From Chlorokybus atmophyticus (lineage: Eukaryota; Plantae; Mesostigma and Chlorokybus algae), in contig RHPI01002533.1 in the NCBI GenBank assembly GCA_009103225.1, positions 395,911-459,910 of the forward strand: DNA of 64,000 nt. Reading direction: 5' to 3'. Below are positions 1 through 12,513 of the stretch, one piece after another (the first letter of the stretch is position 1; the number at the start of each line of letters is the position of its first letter). The notes beneath the pieces were generated by a model. It saw only the letters and a program-made list of their open reading frames with translations, searched no databases and was not told the DNA's origin. A program made the position numbers and the translations under genes.

Positions 1-598
1 TTTTGCTGCGCCTATCTACCAGCACACAGCGCAAATCCGTCATTGAGCCTTAAAGGAAGTGCAATCTCAATATAACAATTCTTATAAAAATCCGCTGTAT
101 ATATCCGCTATAGTGACATATGAACCGAATGCAGCACCATCCTGCAACTATGCGAGACAATTACTGTGTTGCAACCATTATGAACGCAAAACATAGTAGT
201 ACATGTAGGATAGCAATATATATAAATTTATACAAATACATGGCTTCCACTTTGCAAAATAACTGACATGCATGCAATATTCATACCCTATGCATGCAAC
301 TTGCAAGCCAACCACGACATTGCAATAACAACTTGGTTTCCATCATCAGTGATGGACCATCACTGAAGGTCCATCACCTTATACCGATGTTACAGCGGAC
401 ACATATTGCACGCAATTAGCCGAGGCGGCTTCGAACTCGTATAACGCGGGCGCTGCAATGCTCGCCGTCCAGGCGGAGCAAGCAAAGAGGCTCAGGCCTA
501 CTCGCCCTGTCTCCTCCTGCCCCAATGGTGAGGGCGAGACGGGAACCTTGGCGCACGCAGCTGGAGTCCAGCCTGAAGCATGAGAGAACCAGGGATAG

Positions 599-980
599 GC
601 TGGAGGGGGCCTGGTCGGGTCTATCCCGACCAAGTGCCGGCGATGGTGCGGGACGCCGCCGCCGCAGCCTGGCCGAGGACGTAAGCGTAAAGGCAAAGCA
701 GCAGCAGCTGAAGCAGCAGCGAAGCAGGCTGCTGTTGCAGTCAGCTATGGCCTGGACGGTGTGGCCAATGCAGCCAGGTCTGACAGGGTCAGGCCCAAGA
801 CAACCACCGCTGTCCTGCCGGGAGAGCTGATCAGAGCCATTGGGCAGCACCTGCCCTTCGCCGAGGAGCTCCGCCTCATCCAGGCGCTGCCGGCTGACCT
901 CGCCGTTGAGGGCTGGGCAGGCACGCTCGCGCTGAAGTGGGCGGCAGCTGTGCCATCGGCGATTGTGCACCGGGACGCAG
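599..980 (+). CDS. F-box-like exon of a multi-exon gene interrupted by the assembly gap
   Basis: The frame from 599 is open (GRGRKRKGK..., then LPGELIRAIGQHLPFAEELRL at 815, resembling an F-box motif) and ends at a CAG|GTGGG donor at 980/981. A possible first exon runs from ATG ~463 to the GTGAG donor at 528. Confidence 0.4.
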
Positions 981-1373
981 GTGGGTTGGGTGATACTTCT
1001 TGTGTAGAGCGCAATGTGTGCATAAAAGGTCTCTATGCTACTAATGGCATGCACATAGCTCCCAGCATGGCACAGTGGCAACATGCATGTCGCACAAACA
1101 GGCGCAGTCGCAAGCATTCACTCATACACTGACCACCGGGCTTTGCTACTTACATAGCTAGGAATCCTACTAAGCCAACTAGGCCTACGGCCCAATCCAG
1201 TGCACCATGCATGCATGCATCAACATAGTCAATTACTTGCAACAAGTCACGTCGCGTGTGTAGGCATGCATATAGATTGGGTGCATGGGTTAGGCAGTGC
1301 CCAGGCTGTAGTTGTAAGACGATGTTAGTGCTGGCTGAAACGCATATGGATCTATAAAGCAAGCATCCCCCCC

Positions 1374-1473
1374 NNNNNNNNNNNNNNNNNNNNNNNNNNN
1401 NNNNNNNNNNNNNNNNNNNNNNNNNNNNNNNNNNNNNNNNNNNNNNNNNNNNNNNNNNNNNNNNNNNNNNNNN
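1374..1473. other. Assembly gap (100 N) flanked by C-runs
   Basis: 100 N between poly-C tracts. Confidence 0.98.
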
Positions 1474-1759
1474 CCCCCGCGTGCGTGTGACACAGGTGCG
1501 CGCACGCACGTATACAAATGCATGCACATGCATACATACGCGAGGGCACCATGTGGACACCGACATAAGCACGTCCCAACACGCACACTCATAGACAGGC
1601 TCCTGCAGAGTCTAAAGCCATGCACTTGTCACCCTGCTTGCAAGCAGATTGTAACTCACTTGCAAGTGTAAACCTTGTTGTTTATTGTCCTGTTCCCCAA
1701 CTCCACAGGATCAAGCCTTGCGGAGGTCATCTGCCTTAGCTGGGAGTTTGAGGGTGACA

Positions 1760-2823
1760 TGCATGACGTCATTGAGGATGTTCTGAGCGCGTTTCTCAGC
1801 GGGAGAGAACCTGGCGACGCAAGCCCGGACAATGCCCAATGGGTTGTTACTGAACCCAAGCGTGAACCATGGATGGACAGTTATGGTTATGAGAACGGCT
1901 ATCTCTTCTACGATGGTCACAACTATTGGTGGCAGACAGCGACAGTGAGAACGAGTACATGTCTGAGGACGAGTACTGGTGTCGTAAGGAGGACCACCCT
2001 TATGGAAGTCGAGAATGAGGATGAGGAGGCGAGGTGTGTGGCACACTGCATGTTGCTGCGTGTGCATGCTTCTTTGCTTGAAGCTTGCAACAATACCCAA
2101 CAGCGTTTGTTTGTACTGCAGCACCAGTGCGAGCGCGTTGACATGGCCGTCACATCGCCTGCCATCGGTGTGGCGACGCTGTCTTATGGATGCGTGCATA
2201 GAACTGAAGTTGAGCCTGGCCTCGGTGAAGACCAATGAAGCAATAGTAACGCGAGCGGAACAACTGTTCCAAGGCAGGCTGTTGAAAGTACTTCCGGACA
2301 AGCACATGACCTTCTGCCTCACATGCGAGGAGGTGAGTGTGATAAGACAAGTTGTGGTTGATTGTGTACTTGCTTTCATGCTTGCGAGTTGCAGTATATA
2401 GTATAGTGTGGACAGAAGCCATAACCTTGACTCCACCTGCGCCCTGGCTAGTCACACTGCTGAGTCTGAGGCATGCGTGTTCTACACGCCATGGCGTGCG
2501 AGGCAGCGGCGTGAGCTGCGTGAGGCGCTGGCATGTGCGAAGCAGGAGGCGTTGGCGGAGCAGCAAAGGCGCTAGAGAGAGAGATGATGGCGGAGCTGCA
2601 AAGGCGCGACAGAGAGACAATGGGGATAAGCCGCGATGACAGGTTTGCCATGCGGAACCAGTGCGTGTGCGGCAACACGGCATCCGTTCAGTGCGTCATG
2701 CAACTATGCGGGCTGTGCTGCAAAGCCCGCCCTATAGAAGATCGCACGAGCTGTTGCCGTCACGGCACTGGGACATGTGCTTCTATAGTGTGTCTGCAGA
2801 TGCCAGTGCAACCGTCGGTGCAG
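1760..2823 (+). pseudogene. Frameshifted gene segment: acidic region, helical exon, coiled coil and SRS/DUS1L-type Cys-rich zinc finger
   Basis: Phase-compatible exons (EVENEDEEA|STSASALTWP...LTCEE|YSVDR...EQQRR*) are followed, after a 1-nt shift at ~2572, by LEREMMAELQ...CVCGNTASVQCVMQLCGLCCKARPIEDRTSCCRH (2662-2763) and a donor at 2824. The shift could be a sequencing error rather than pseudogenisation. Confidence 0.4.
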
Positions 2824-3455
2824 GTAACAGTTTAACATAGTGCACATAGGTGGTGACATGTTGTGTTCCCCCACGCACTTGGCGACTGTTGGTGTGAGGA
2901 GTGAACAGCCAGTACAAACACTGTCCACACTGTTGTGGACAGTATTGGTTGCAGGCAGGCGTTGACAGCGATGAGGCGCAGGTGGGTAACTTGCTGAGGT
3001 AAGGTTTGAGGTAGTACATTACACTAGTTGCGGCGCTAGTGGTGCCCAACAACTTACATGCCTAGGGGCATATATAGTCCTGCAACTTGTTGCGATGGTA
3101 GACTGTATAGTTGTGCTGGGATGTTATAAAGACGCCATTGTAACTTGAAGGTGTGACGCAGTCCATGTGCTCAATCAGCAACACTCGCTGCCGCAATGCT
3201 GTGCGATGCGACGACCGGTGGTCAGGTGCACGGCACGCGTCATTTGCACGAAGCTCCACTGACTAGGTTGTTGTTGCGGCTCTGCGATTTTGTATCAGTG
3301 CGGCAAGCTGACTGTATGCGACTTCCTACGCCTTCAACTTCAGTGCCATGTTTGTTGAGAAATTATGCCAAACCTGGACATGATCACTGTGTACTTTTGC
3401 GCGCGTTTGTCGTGAGCTGCACGCGCATGCCCTGCAACTGTTCCCGCCTGCGCAA

Positions 3456-3479
3456 GGGGGGGGGGGGGGGGGGGGGGGN
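3456..3479 (+). repeat. Poly-G run with an N
   Basis: Homopolymer G ending in N; low-quality assembly spot. Confidence 0.9.
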
Positions 3480-3808
3480 AAGCCAGCACCAGTTGGCCTC
3501 ACAGCACTCCAGGGTAGTGCGTAGTTGACAAACGCTGTATAGCGGGCAAGGGGAAGAGGCCCACCTGCGCTGCAGCGCTGGGCCCCTTCTCTTTGCCTGC
3601 TGCAACCCCTGCCTGCCGTTTCAGCCACCTACACCAATGAAGCCAAGTCGAAATGGTGGTGAAGCAATAATTGCATTAGCAACAGCCCATTATCCCTTAG
3701 CGCCATGGCTTATTTCGACTGGAATCGCTATGCCCACAATTGCTCAAAATCGTTGATGACACATCATGAGACAGCATGACCACTGTGCAGTGCAGCATAA
3801 CTGATAGC

Positions 3809-6800
3809 TCAAGTACATATAGGAGGCACCATGGATTTCCATCTGCTGCTAGAGTGCCTAGGATGGCCCGGCGGGAACTGCGTGGTCACCTTCCTGCCGC
3901 GCTCACCCGCATTCTCTAGGGTCTTCTCAAACCCGAGACTGAGCATCTCGTACGCGTGCTTCTTTAGCAGCGCTGCGTGAGCTGGCTGCAGCAGCCCGTA
4001 CTCCTTTTGCAGCTCCGCAGCAGAACTGTTGACAAACTTGCGCATGCAACGCACGACGTCCTCGGGATAATCCCTACCCATGACGCCGCCCTTGACGTGG
4101 CATCGGTAGTCCAGTACGCGCGTGGCGTCCCACTTGTATATAGTGCCGTGCTTGATCGTGGACGGCAGGAAGACGGAGTCCACCTCACCGTCAGTGGTGC
4201 CGAAGGCCTGGTCATTGTCAATCAGGCGCATATTGCTTCGCGTGTCGATGAAGACATTGCCCGGATGGCGATCATACTGCGAGAAGAGCAGGTCGTAGAT
4301 CGCGGCTCGCTTGAGCGAGTCGTGCGCGATGGCGTGAACGACCTTTTTCAGCTGCGCAGATGGCAAGAAGTCGAACATCAACGCGTCGAGGGGCGACCCG
4401 GGTGCCACCTCCAGGAACAAACCCTCTTGGTTGATGGGGAAGCCTGTGACGGGCATGGCTGCGTAGATGTGCTCCCTCCAGACCTTCACCGTGAGATCTG
4501 CAAAGCCGCACTCCTCGGCAAGACGCTGCATCGCAAGAGTGTAGTTCCAAGCGGTTGCTATCTGCCGGCTCCGCTCGCACTCTTCAACCTGAGTGACGAA
4601 AGTGAGTACCTGTCAGTGGCGTTACCTACAACACTGGCATGGATTCTTGTGCAGATTGGCTAGGTTGTGTTGGTTGCTGCAAAGCCACCAACACCAACCA
4701 AACCGACAAGCACATATGACTTGCAGCGAGACCATGCTACAATTTGGCATGCACACAACAATCTAGGAGAATGCAAAGTGGAGGTGTGGACTGTCACCTT
4801 CATGTAGTCAATATACTTTGCGGCGTAACTGAAGACGCCAGGGATGCAAACAAACTTGACAAAAGCGCGTGTTCCGGGCCTAAACTTGCTCTCCGCCTGT
4901 AGAATGACAGACCCTGACGTCCCTGTCTGCTGCGCGAAGTAGTAACCATCAAACTCTGTCTGCGTGGGTGGAGTCGTCACGAGCGTGTCGCACCCAAGGC
5001 AGCAGCTGGTCCACACAGGCTGACTCGGCTCATCCCACCTGTTTAGTTGACAGCATGTTACAACCGCGAGTGCAAAGTTGACCTTGTGGGACAATGCTGG
5101 CACAGAAGCAAGTAACCATGCACACGATGTATGCTGGGTGATCAGTCTCACCTGACAATTGAACCGTCATCTGTCACATTGTGAAGTGGCCACTCTGCGC
5201 ACATGGGCCGCAACGTGTATGGGCCCTTAAAGCGCTGCAGCACCTTGGGCGGCGCGGACTCAATGAGATTGTTGACCAGCACGCGCAAGGGCGGTACGGG
5301 CGGCTGCTCGAGCTCGCTCGACGCCAGCCGCAAGTTGCTCGTCCTGTACAAGTTCTCGCATGAAGCAGGCTTTGGAGGCTGCCACCGCACGAGCGCGCGC
5401 AAACCCACGCTGGCCGATGAGCCAACTCCACTCGGCAACCCAACGTGAAGCCTTCGGCTCGTTGCGCCGGCTCGCTCCAAAGCCTGCTCAAAGCCCAACT
5501 CAAGCATGTCGCGTGCGCGACGCTGAAGAATGACCGCTTGGACGCGTGCGTACAGCCCGTACGCGGACTTGAGTTCTTCCGGGCTGAGTGCGATGAACTT
5601 TGCCATGCATGCGTGTACTTGAGGTGGGTAGTTAGTGTCAATGGCGCCGCCTCGGGCATGACACCTGTAGTCGAGCGTGCGCGCGGCGATGTTGCCCTGC
5701 AGCTCCGCGTGGCTGAGGGTGGAGGGGAGGAACACAGAGTTGATCGGACGGAAGGCGTCGTCGTTGTCTATCAATGTCATCACGCCGGACTCCGTGAAGT
5801 ACACGTCACCGGCGTGTCTGTTTGCCATGGAGAACAACAGGTCGAATGTTGCCGCTTTGAGCACCTGCATGTCTCAGACTCAGATGCAGCTCTTATCAAC
5901 GCAGCCTACACAATAGAGCCAGCATTCTACTGTGGGCCTGCCAATTGCCAACTTCAACACACAGACAAGGCTACCAGACGAAAATTTGGATGTGTTGGGT
6001 TTGTAGCTCTACTCTACATACGGTGCGAGAACACATGTCACAGTGGACTTTGCGAGTTGGGACATCCAATGTGGCTACCACAGCATCAACCGAGTGAGCT
6101 GATGATTAAAGAGAGTTTTACCTGCTTTGAGGGCACTCTGGCCAGGAGCCTCTGCAAGGATGCAACAGGGTAGTGTTCGTTTGCGAGCGCGTGCAGCGGG
6201 GCGCCGGGCGCGGTCTGCATCCACAGTGCTTCTTGTCGTATGCGTGCCCCAGTCATCGGCATGGCCGCGTCGATGTCTTCGACCCGCGCTTTAATGATGA
6301 TGTCCAACAACCCGCACTCTTCTGCAAGGCGCTGCACGGCGAGGACGGTGACAAGCGTGCGGTTGCGCGCAATGTCCTTCCTGCACGTGGCCGCCTGCTC
6401 CTTGTCCTGGTAGTTAACGAACTTCATGCTGCCACGCTGCTTCACGTGCGGCACGCACATCAACTTCACATACGCCTCGTCGCCGTCGGGCTTTATGGCA
6501 TACTGGACAACAGATTTGACCTGGACAAAACACAGGTGTGGCTATGCTAAACAAAGAACAACAGTCAGCACATCTCAACATCAACCTACTTGAGTGGTGC
6601 GCTGCCGGAAAGTGTAGCCGTCGAGCTGAGTCTGGGGTGGGGGAGTGGTTAAGACCATGTTGCAGCCTATGCAACAGCTGGTCCATGCCGGCCGCTGCAG
6701 CTGCGTCCATGCAGCGTACTGGCCTGGTGGCCCACCTGCCGGACTGTCCACAGCCTGAAGCGGCTGCTCGGCACATAGCGGCTGAGCACCTGAAATGACA

Positions 6801-7163
6801 GTATGTCAATTGTATATGTGAACATACACAAATCACACAGCTTGAGTGCCATGCCTTGCATGTTAAATGAGCCAAGAGTCAAGAAATTGTGGAACCTGAT
6901 GATGGCAGCAAGAGCTTCACGTTGCCGCTGGGCTGCCAACCCTTTTGCTGATTGCTATAGAATTGACCAGCGGACCAATCGGAAGTGTCTGTGAAGCGAT
7001 GGAAGACGGCAGCGCGCTCAATGGTCAGCACAGCGATGCCGGCGGCCAGCAGCAGCGCGGCAATAGCTCGCACAGAAGGTCGCAGCCGGCGAGCGCGCAC
7101 GGAAACGGATGAGTGGCTTGACTTGCCCGCAGACTTGCGCCTCCCGCCAACATCTGTGGTCAT
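3809..7163 (-). CDS. Type II membrane protein with two tandem FAM20/PI4K-like atypical kinase domains (pseudokinase-like + kinase)
   Basis: ATG 7163 and signal anchor (AIAALLLAAGIAVLTI). Domain 1: AYVKLMCVP...QRLAEECG...NRHAGDVYF...LIDND...SVFLPST...LDYRCH. Domain 2: AFVKFVCIP...QRLAEECG...DRHPGNVFI...LIDND...SVFLPST...LDYRCH. The apparent stop at 5148 lies inside a CAG|GTGAG donor, so both domains are in one gene. Stop at 3809. Confidence 0.8.
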
Positions 7164-8083
7164 CTGCGTTCATCTGCCCAACAACACAAATTGCACAGTA
7201 CTTCTCAGTAGACTGCGACCACCAGCTCAAGTGCAAATATCGCACATCTCAGCAGCACGCAGTTTAGTCAAGTCAACTATGCCAACTGTTCTAGACCACA
7301 GCACAACGCATGTGTATAGGCTCAACACTTACAGCGCTGACTGCACTACACTACAAGCACCTTTGTGGTGCATGCAACTGCCAGGGCCGAGTATTGCATA
7401 AGCTAAGCACAGCAGCAGCATCAGGGATAGCCATGAACGTGCGACTATGCCAGCATTCTCATTCCGTGTGTATACATGGTGAGCAAGACATCATTGCTAT
7501 GTGTGTCAACACTTGTCTTCATGAGGCGCATGGCTTTCTCGGCTTACCGTTGTCGCAAAACACGGACACAAGTGACATGCTCTTTGAAAGGTAGTCGAGC
7601 AGTGTCCTTACAACAGCACTACAGTTTGCGTTGTGCATTGCAGCCAAACATGCAGAGCTCCAAGCCAGATGCGCCAAGTCAAGGTGTACTCGCCCAGTGC
7701 ATGTGACACGCAATCAAACACACAGCAGCACACGTCCTGTGTTTGAGTTTAACCAGCAGTCGCATTTTTCTTTGTGGACTGACTCGCACTACCATACAGC
7801 TGCACACATGCACTGACCCGTGTGCAGGAAGAAGAGCAAGCTGTGCACCGCTTTTCCAAGAAGAAAGCACGATCATGCCGACAAGGACGCATTCACTGTT
7901 GCGGTTGGCGTATGCCATGCGAACGCCCAGTGCAAGACCCTCATGGGCAGTCTCCTCCAAGTCCTACTTGCCATACCCCTGTCCCTCCAGCTCCTCCACC
8001 GCCGCCTCGGCCTGGTCCGCCTCGCCGCTGCCTGAGCACTTTCCCAGAGCCGATTGCTGACTGGGTGTTAGTCCGCCAAGGAC

Positions 8084-9165
8084 ATGGCGAACGACGCGAC
8101 GACGAGCGTCGCCGCCGTGCCGCAGCTGGACATCCGGACCACCGCGGCCCACAAGGTGACGGCGCACGCTTTGCGATTGTTGCCGGGGCAGGACCTGCTG
8201 CAGGAGCTGCTCGACTTCGCCCAGAAGAAGCAGGTGCTGGCTTGCTTTACCTGTGGTTTAGCTTGTGTTCACCCTGATGGAAGCTGTCGTCAATGGCGCA
8301 TGCTCCTTGCACCATCCTTCACCACCTGCGTTGTGTTTGACAACATTGTGCTAATTAAGCTTCCCACATGCATGCAAGACACGTGGGTTGTGGTTGACGT
8401 AGCGTAAGCTCGCAGTCAGATTTCCGCGAGGCTTTTGCACTAGTCCAGTCAATTACATTTGCACGCACTCGGAGTGACGGACAGCTGTGTGCGAGTAAAA
8501 GCTGCATATGGCAAGCCATTGCTCAAGCTTGCTTGACTTATACTACCGTCCATGCTGCCGTGCCATGCATACCTCTACATTACAGCAATTCATCTACGCA
8601 CTCTACCATGCAACAAGCAATGTCATTTCTTCCTTTCAGCTACGCGCAGCGTTCATTTACACATGCGTGGGAAGTCTCTCGCTCGCGAGGCTGCGGCCTG
8701 CGGGGAGGAATGAGGCAAAGCACTTTGATGCTGCATACGAGATTGTCTCTCTGACCGGGACGCTGTCCAAAACAGGTGACTCTGGTTGCATGGCATTGAA
8801 CATTGTCATCATGCACTGTCAATGCTGTTGAAGGTGGAGCATTGCGGCTCTGCAGGTGAGCATCACATGCACATGTCGATCAGCGATGAAGATTGCCAGA
8901 CATACGGCGGGCATGTCTTGAAAGGATGCATCGTGAGGTGAGAGAGTGTTATGTTGTCTTGCAAGTCTGCGTCTCGTGCTGTGAAGGGCAGTACTTGCTG
9001 GCTGGGAACTGTGGTTGGTAATGCACGTTGCCTTATTTACTGTGCGTTGCTTGTTTCAGGACCACGGCTGAAGTTGTGTTAGGCGAGCTTGAAGGGTTGA
9101 ATTTCAAGCGACTCACAGACCCTCGCAGCGGCTATGATGAGTTATTCATGCAACCTCAAAGCTAG
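8084..9165 (+). CDS. PPC-domain (DUF296) protein without AT-hook
   Basis: 4 exons: HALRLLPGQDLLQEL / AAFIYTCVGSL...YEIVSLTGTL / HMHMSISD...GGHV / TTAEVVLGEL...DPRSGYDEL; typical PPC motifs. Confidence 0.9.
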
Positions 9166-10225
9166 ACACATCCACGCCCACGCATCACAGGGGTGCGTGT
9201 TATGTTGTTGGTAAGCTTCTGTGAGGGGATTGTGTCACTGGTGTGTTAATATATGCTTGGTGTGTGCGCAGGTCAACACTTGCTCAAGCTGTTATTCGAG
9301 GCATGCCTGTTGCCCTACATCTACAACAACCACATATGCACGCTCTACCAGGGATACAAGACAACACCAACATGAACCCGGCAGCTGCTCAGCATTGTGC
9401 AAGTGAGCGCTATGCGGCAGGTAGCAGCTAGGGCAAGGAGGCAGGAGGAGGGCGTCCAACCAAGCAGTCAACAGGCAGGAAAAGCGTGCACTACACCAGC
9501 ACACTATGCAGTTCTACACTAGACCCTCATGCGCCCCTAGTTTACACAGGGCTGGCATGTGGCTCAGTCCACAATGCGAACCCTATCCCGACAGCATGCA
9601 GGTGATTGTGTGACAATATTCAACGCAGCAGGTGGTTGTCAAAACCAATTGCGGTTACTGTCCAACTGGCCACAACCTCGCATAGCAGCTTTCGGCACAG
9701 CACAGAATCGCCAAAGCCCTGTCCTGGCTGTTGTGCTTCTAAGCACAAAAAGGGGATCCGCTATTCACCAGCAGCTAGGACTGCATATTGCAGGTGACGA
9801 TAGACCACTCATAGGGAGCTGAGCCACTCCACACTGAAGCCTACAGCCAAACTCAGGTGTCCACCCAACTGCACAAATCACTCCAGTGCCTCGAGCAATG
9901 AATAAATGCCTGTTGAACCAGCACCACATGGCTTGGGTGCAAATCGTGTAACTTCAATGCACAGGAATCCAACTGCTGTACTGTTGTTCCCTGCGACTAG
10001 ATATCGCAAGCAACAGTACACTACCAGTTTGAGAGTCCCAATACCATCTGCTGACAGTGCTGATACAAAGTTGCACGCCGCATTATGTGTACACTTGCAC
10101 CTCGACCACCTGCATCTGTCTGTGTTCTTTCACCGCGCACTTGTGTTCACGAGCAGCCTTGCGACCATAGATGATTGGATGCGCCAAGAGCACACGCGCC
10201 CTGTCATACATGCACCCTGGTTTCT

Positions 10226-11496
10226 CTAGACAACTGACTGATCGTCCAGGCCGTTGTCCACCTGCACACAGGGATCGCGAGTACGGTGGAATTCCAGTTA
10301 ACCATGTTGGCTGTTTATTCAGAGATGCACATGTCCTGATTTGGGTAACTTTTCTGTGCGCTACACATTACGGTGAACAGCACTCTGTAACATACCAAGA
10401 ATTGGTGTATCCTCTGCAAAATTGGTGCGAAGGCTGTTGTGAAAGCGCCCATCTCTTCCATGGTGCCCTTCTGCGGTCCCAGTTTTGCCAGGAAGGACTC
10501 GCGTGACGGACATACCTTCATGGCCAGCTGTGCAAGATATAAATGCGCTCAGAATACCTGCCTGGCTTGTGCATCAGATTGCGAGCGGTGCAGTAGCCCA
10601 AAACCCAGCCATGCGTATGCGAACACAGCAACAGGGTGCAAGCCAGGAGGCATGCAATTACTACTCACGGAGAAAACGTTGCGTGTGATCCAGCCATGGT
10701 ACTTGGACAACGTCCTCTCATAGGATGTAGTTGCTGCTTGACTCAAGGTCAAGCGGGAATCACTCTGTAGAAGGTCCAAAAGCGCAACAATGAACTCTAA
10801 AGCTCTGTGCAGGCATATTCACAAGTGGCGTCAACAAAAGCACCCGGCTCGCACCTCTGGGCAGCACTCATTGCCACCCAACTGCAAAACAACTCAAGCA
10901 TACAATTTAAGCACACGCACCGTTTCAGCCACAGAAGGCCTTTTGCACAGGAAGAGTTATCCTTCTGCACTTGTTCTTTCATGTCTGCTCTCGGTATAGC
11001 GAATAAATACTTGAACTCCATAGGGTTCTGGTCATATCGCTTTTGTAGCCTCTGCAGCCCAGCAATTGTTTTAGCGCAATGCAGGTGGCAGGCGTGTTGC
11101 TGTGAATTGAGTTGCAACCTGTCAACACTACCTCAATGTTCCCAGTGATGTCCGACTTGACTGGTAGCAGAGCAGCCCCTAACGACTCTGCACACACCAC
11201 CATTGAGATATTCGGAACGTACGTACAAACCTGACATGCCAATCCTAGCCAGCAGGACTATTCGACTAGAATGACAAAACAGCAATCAGCATTGCTGTAT
11301 GCACTGCGCTGTTCACATCACGATAATGCATATTTCATAGTTGCTACATGTGGGTAGCAATGTGAGACCAACCAATCACAGGAATGACGCGGCGGCACTG
11401 AGCGAGGAATGGCTGTGTGGCAATGTCTTGTCCATCGGGGCAGATGGAGGGCAGGTTGGCAAGCAATGGCGCGAATACGCTCTCCTCTCGCGCCAT
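10226..11496 (-). CDS. GLTP: Glycolipid transfer protein
   Basis: Exons: MAREESVF...PFLAQCRRVIPVI / LLPVKSDITGNIE / SSCAKGLLWLKR / SYERTLSKYHGWI / ESFLAKLG...RIHQFL / VDNGLDDQSVV*; KSDIxGN and LWLKR are GLTP signatures. Confidence 0.92.
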
Positions 11497-12513
11497 TGCT
11501 GAAGTCGCACTAACGATCAGCCATTGAGACTGCTGAAGAGCCTCTCACAACGCATGTGTTGCATAACTAGGACAACATCACCCTTTACTGCGTTGATTGG
11601 CTTGTAAATCTCAGAGCACTTTGAAAAAAAAACCCCCTTCGCAAACAACCTCTCCTTGTATAATGTCCATCAAGATAGGGCAGCTGCTCACAGATCAACT
11701 AATTGACTAACCAACTGTTTTCCACAAAACACCTTGCTACCTTATTAGATACACAGTCTAACCAGCGAACTGTCTGTTCAAGTAGCAATTGGCTGGCTAC
11801 ATATTGCACTATAACGCAATGCAGACTGCTGTAAAGCGTAAGCACGCTTAGCTGTGTAACCTCTGCAAGGCCTACGGTATGAATTGCACAAGTCGGCGAG
11901 AGTGTGTGAACTGCGCTACCGCCATACGGTTGTAAATACCCCCAGCTCATTCATCAAGGGTATTTCGAGTTGCAAGGATCCATACCTGAATGCGCGAGCG
12001 GCCCACCTACGGGGGTTGGGCTGAGCAACCCAGCACTCAACCAACCAGATCCAGCGCGTTGCCTGCCCTGACGATACGCTTGAAACGTCAATCAGTCCCG
12101 TCAACCAGCCTCCTTCTACTACTGAGTGCTTACGTTTCTCCCTGCCCTCAATGAGCCACCGGTTACCACCGCCGCCGCCGCCGCCTGCACCGCCAGCCCC
12201 CTACAACCGCTTCTGCCACTTGCCTTTCCGGCACGCCCTGTGTCACATGCTGATCAACTGGATGCCCTCCTGCGCCATTCTGCGCGGCAGCGCAGTGCGT
12301 GCTCGCACTGAGCGACAGGTGAGCTGCCCGCTGTGTGAGCATTGCCGTGGGGAGGTGGACGACGGCGGCGTTTGACGGCTTGGTTGAGTGTGGTGCACTG
12401 GTGGTGGATGCACGGATTGGGTCTGGGAGCGTGTGCTGAGAGGTTGTGGCGGAGGCTTATGTAACATTTGCTTGGTTGTAGTGCGCTGTCCATGTCACAC
12501 TGGTAGTGGCAGC

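Noticed and set aside
5148-5153. Stop codon suggesting two separate kinase genes
   Set aside because: The TGA is part of a GTGAGA splice donor; the downstream exons continue into the second kinase domain and have no signal anchor of their own.
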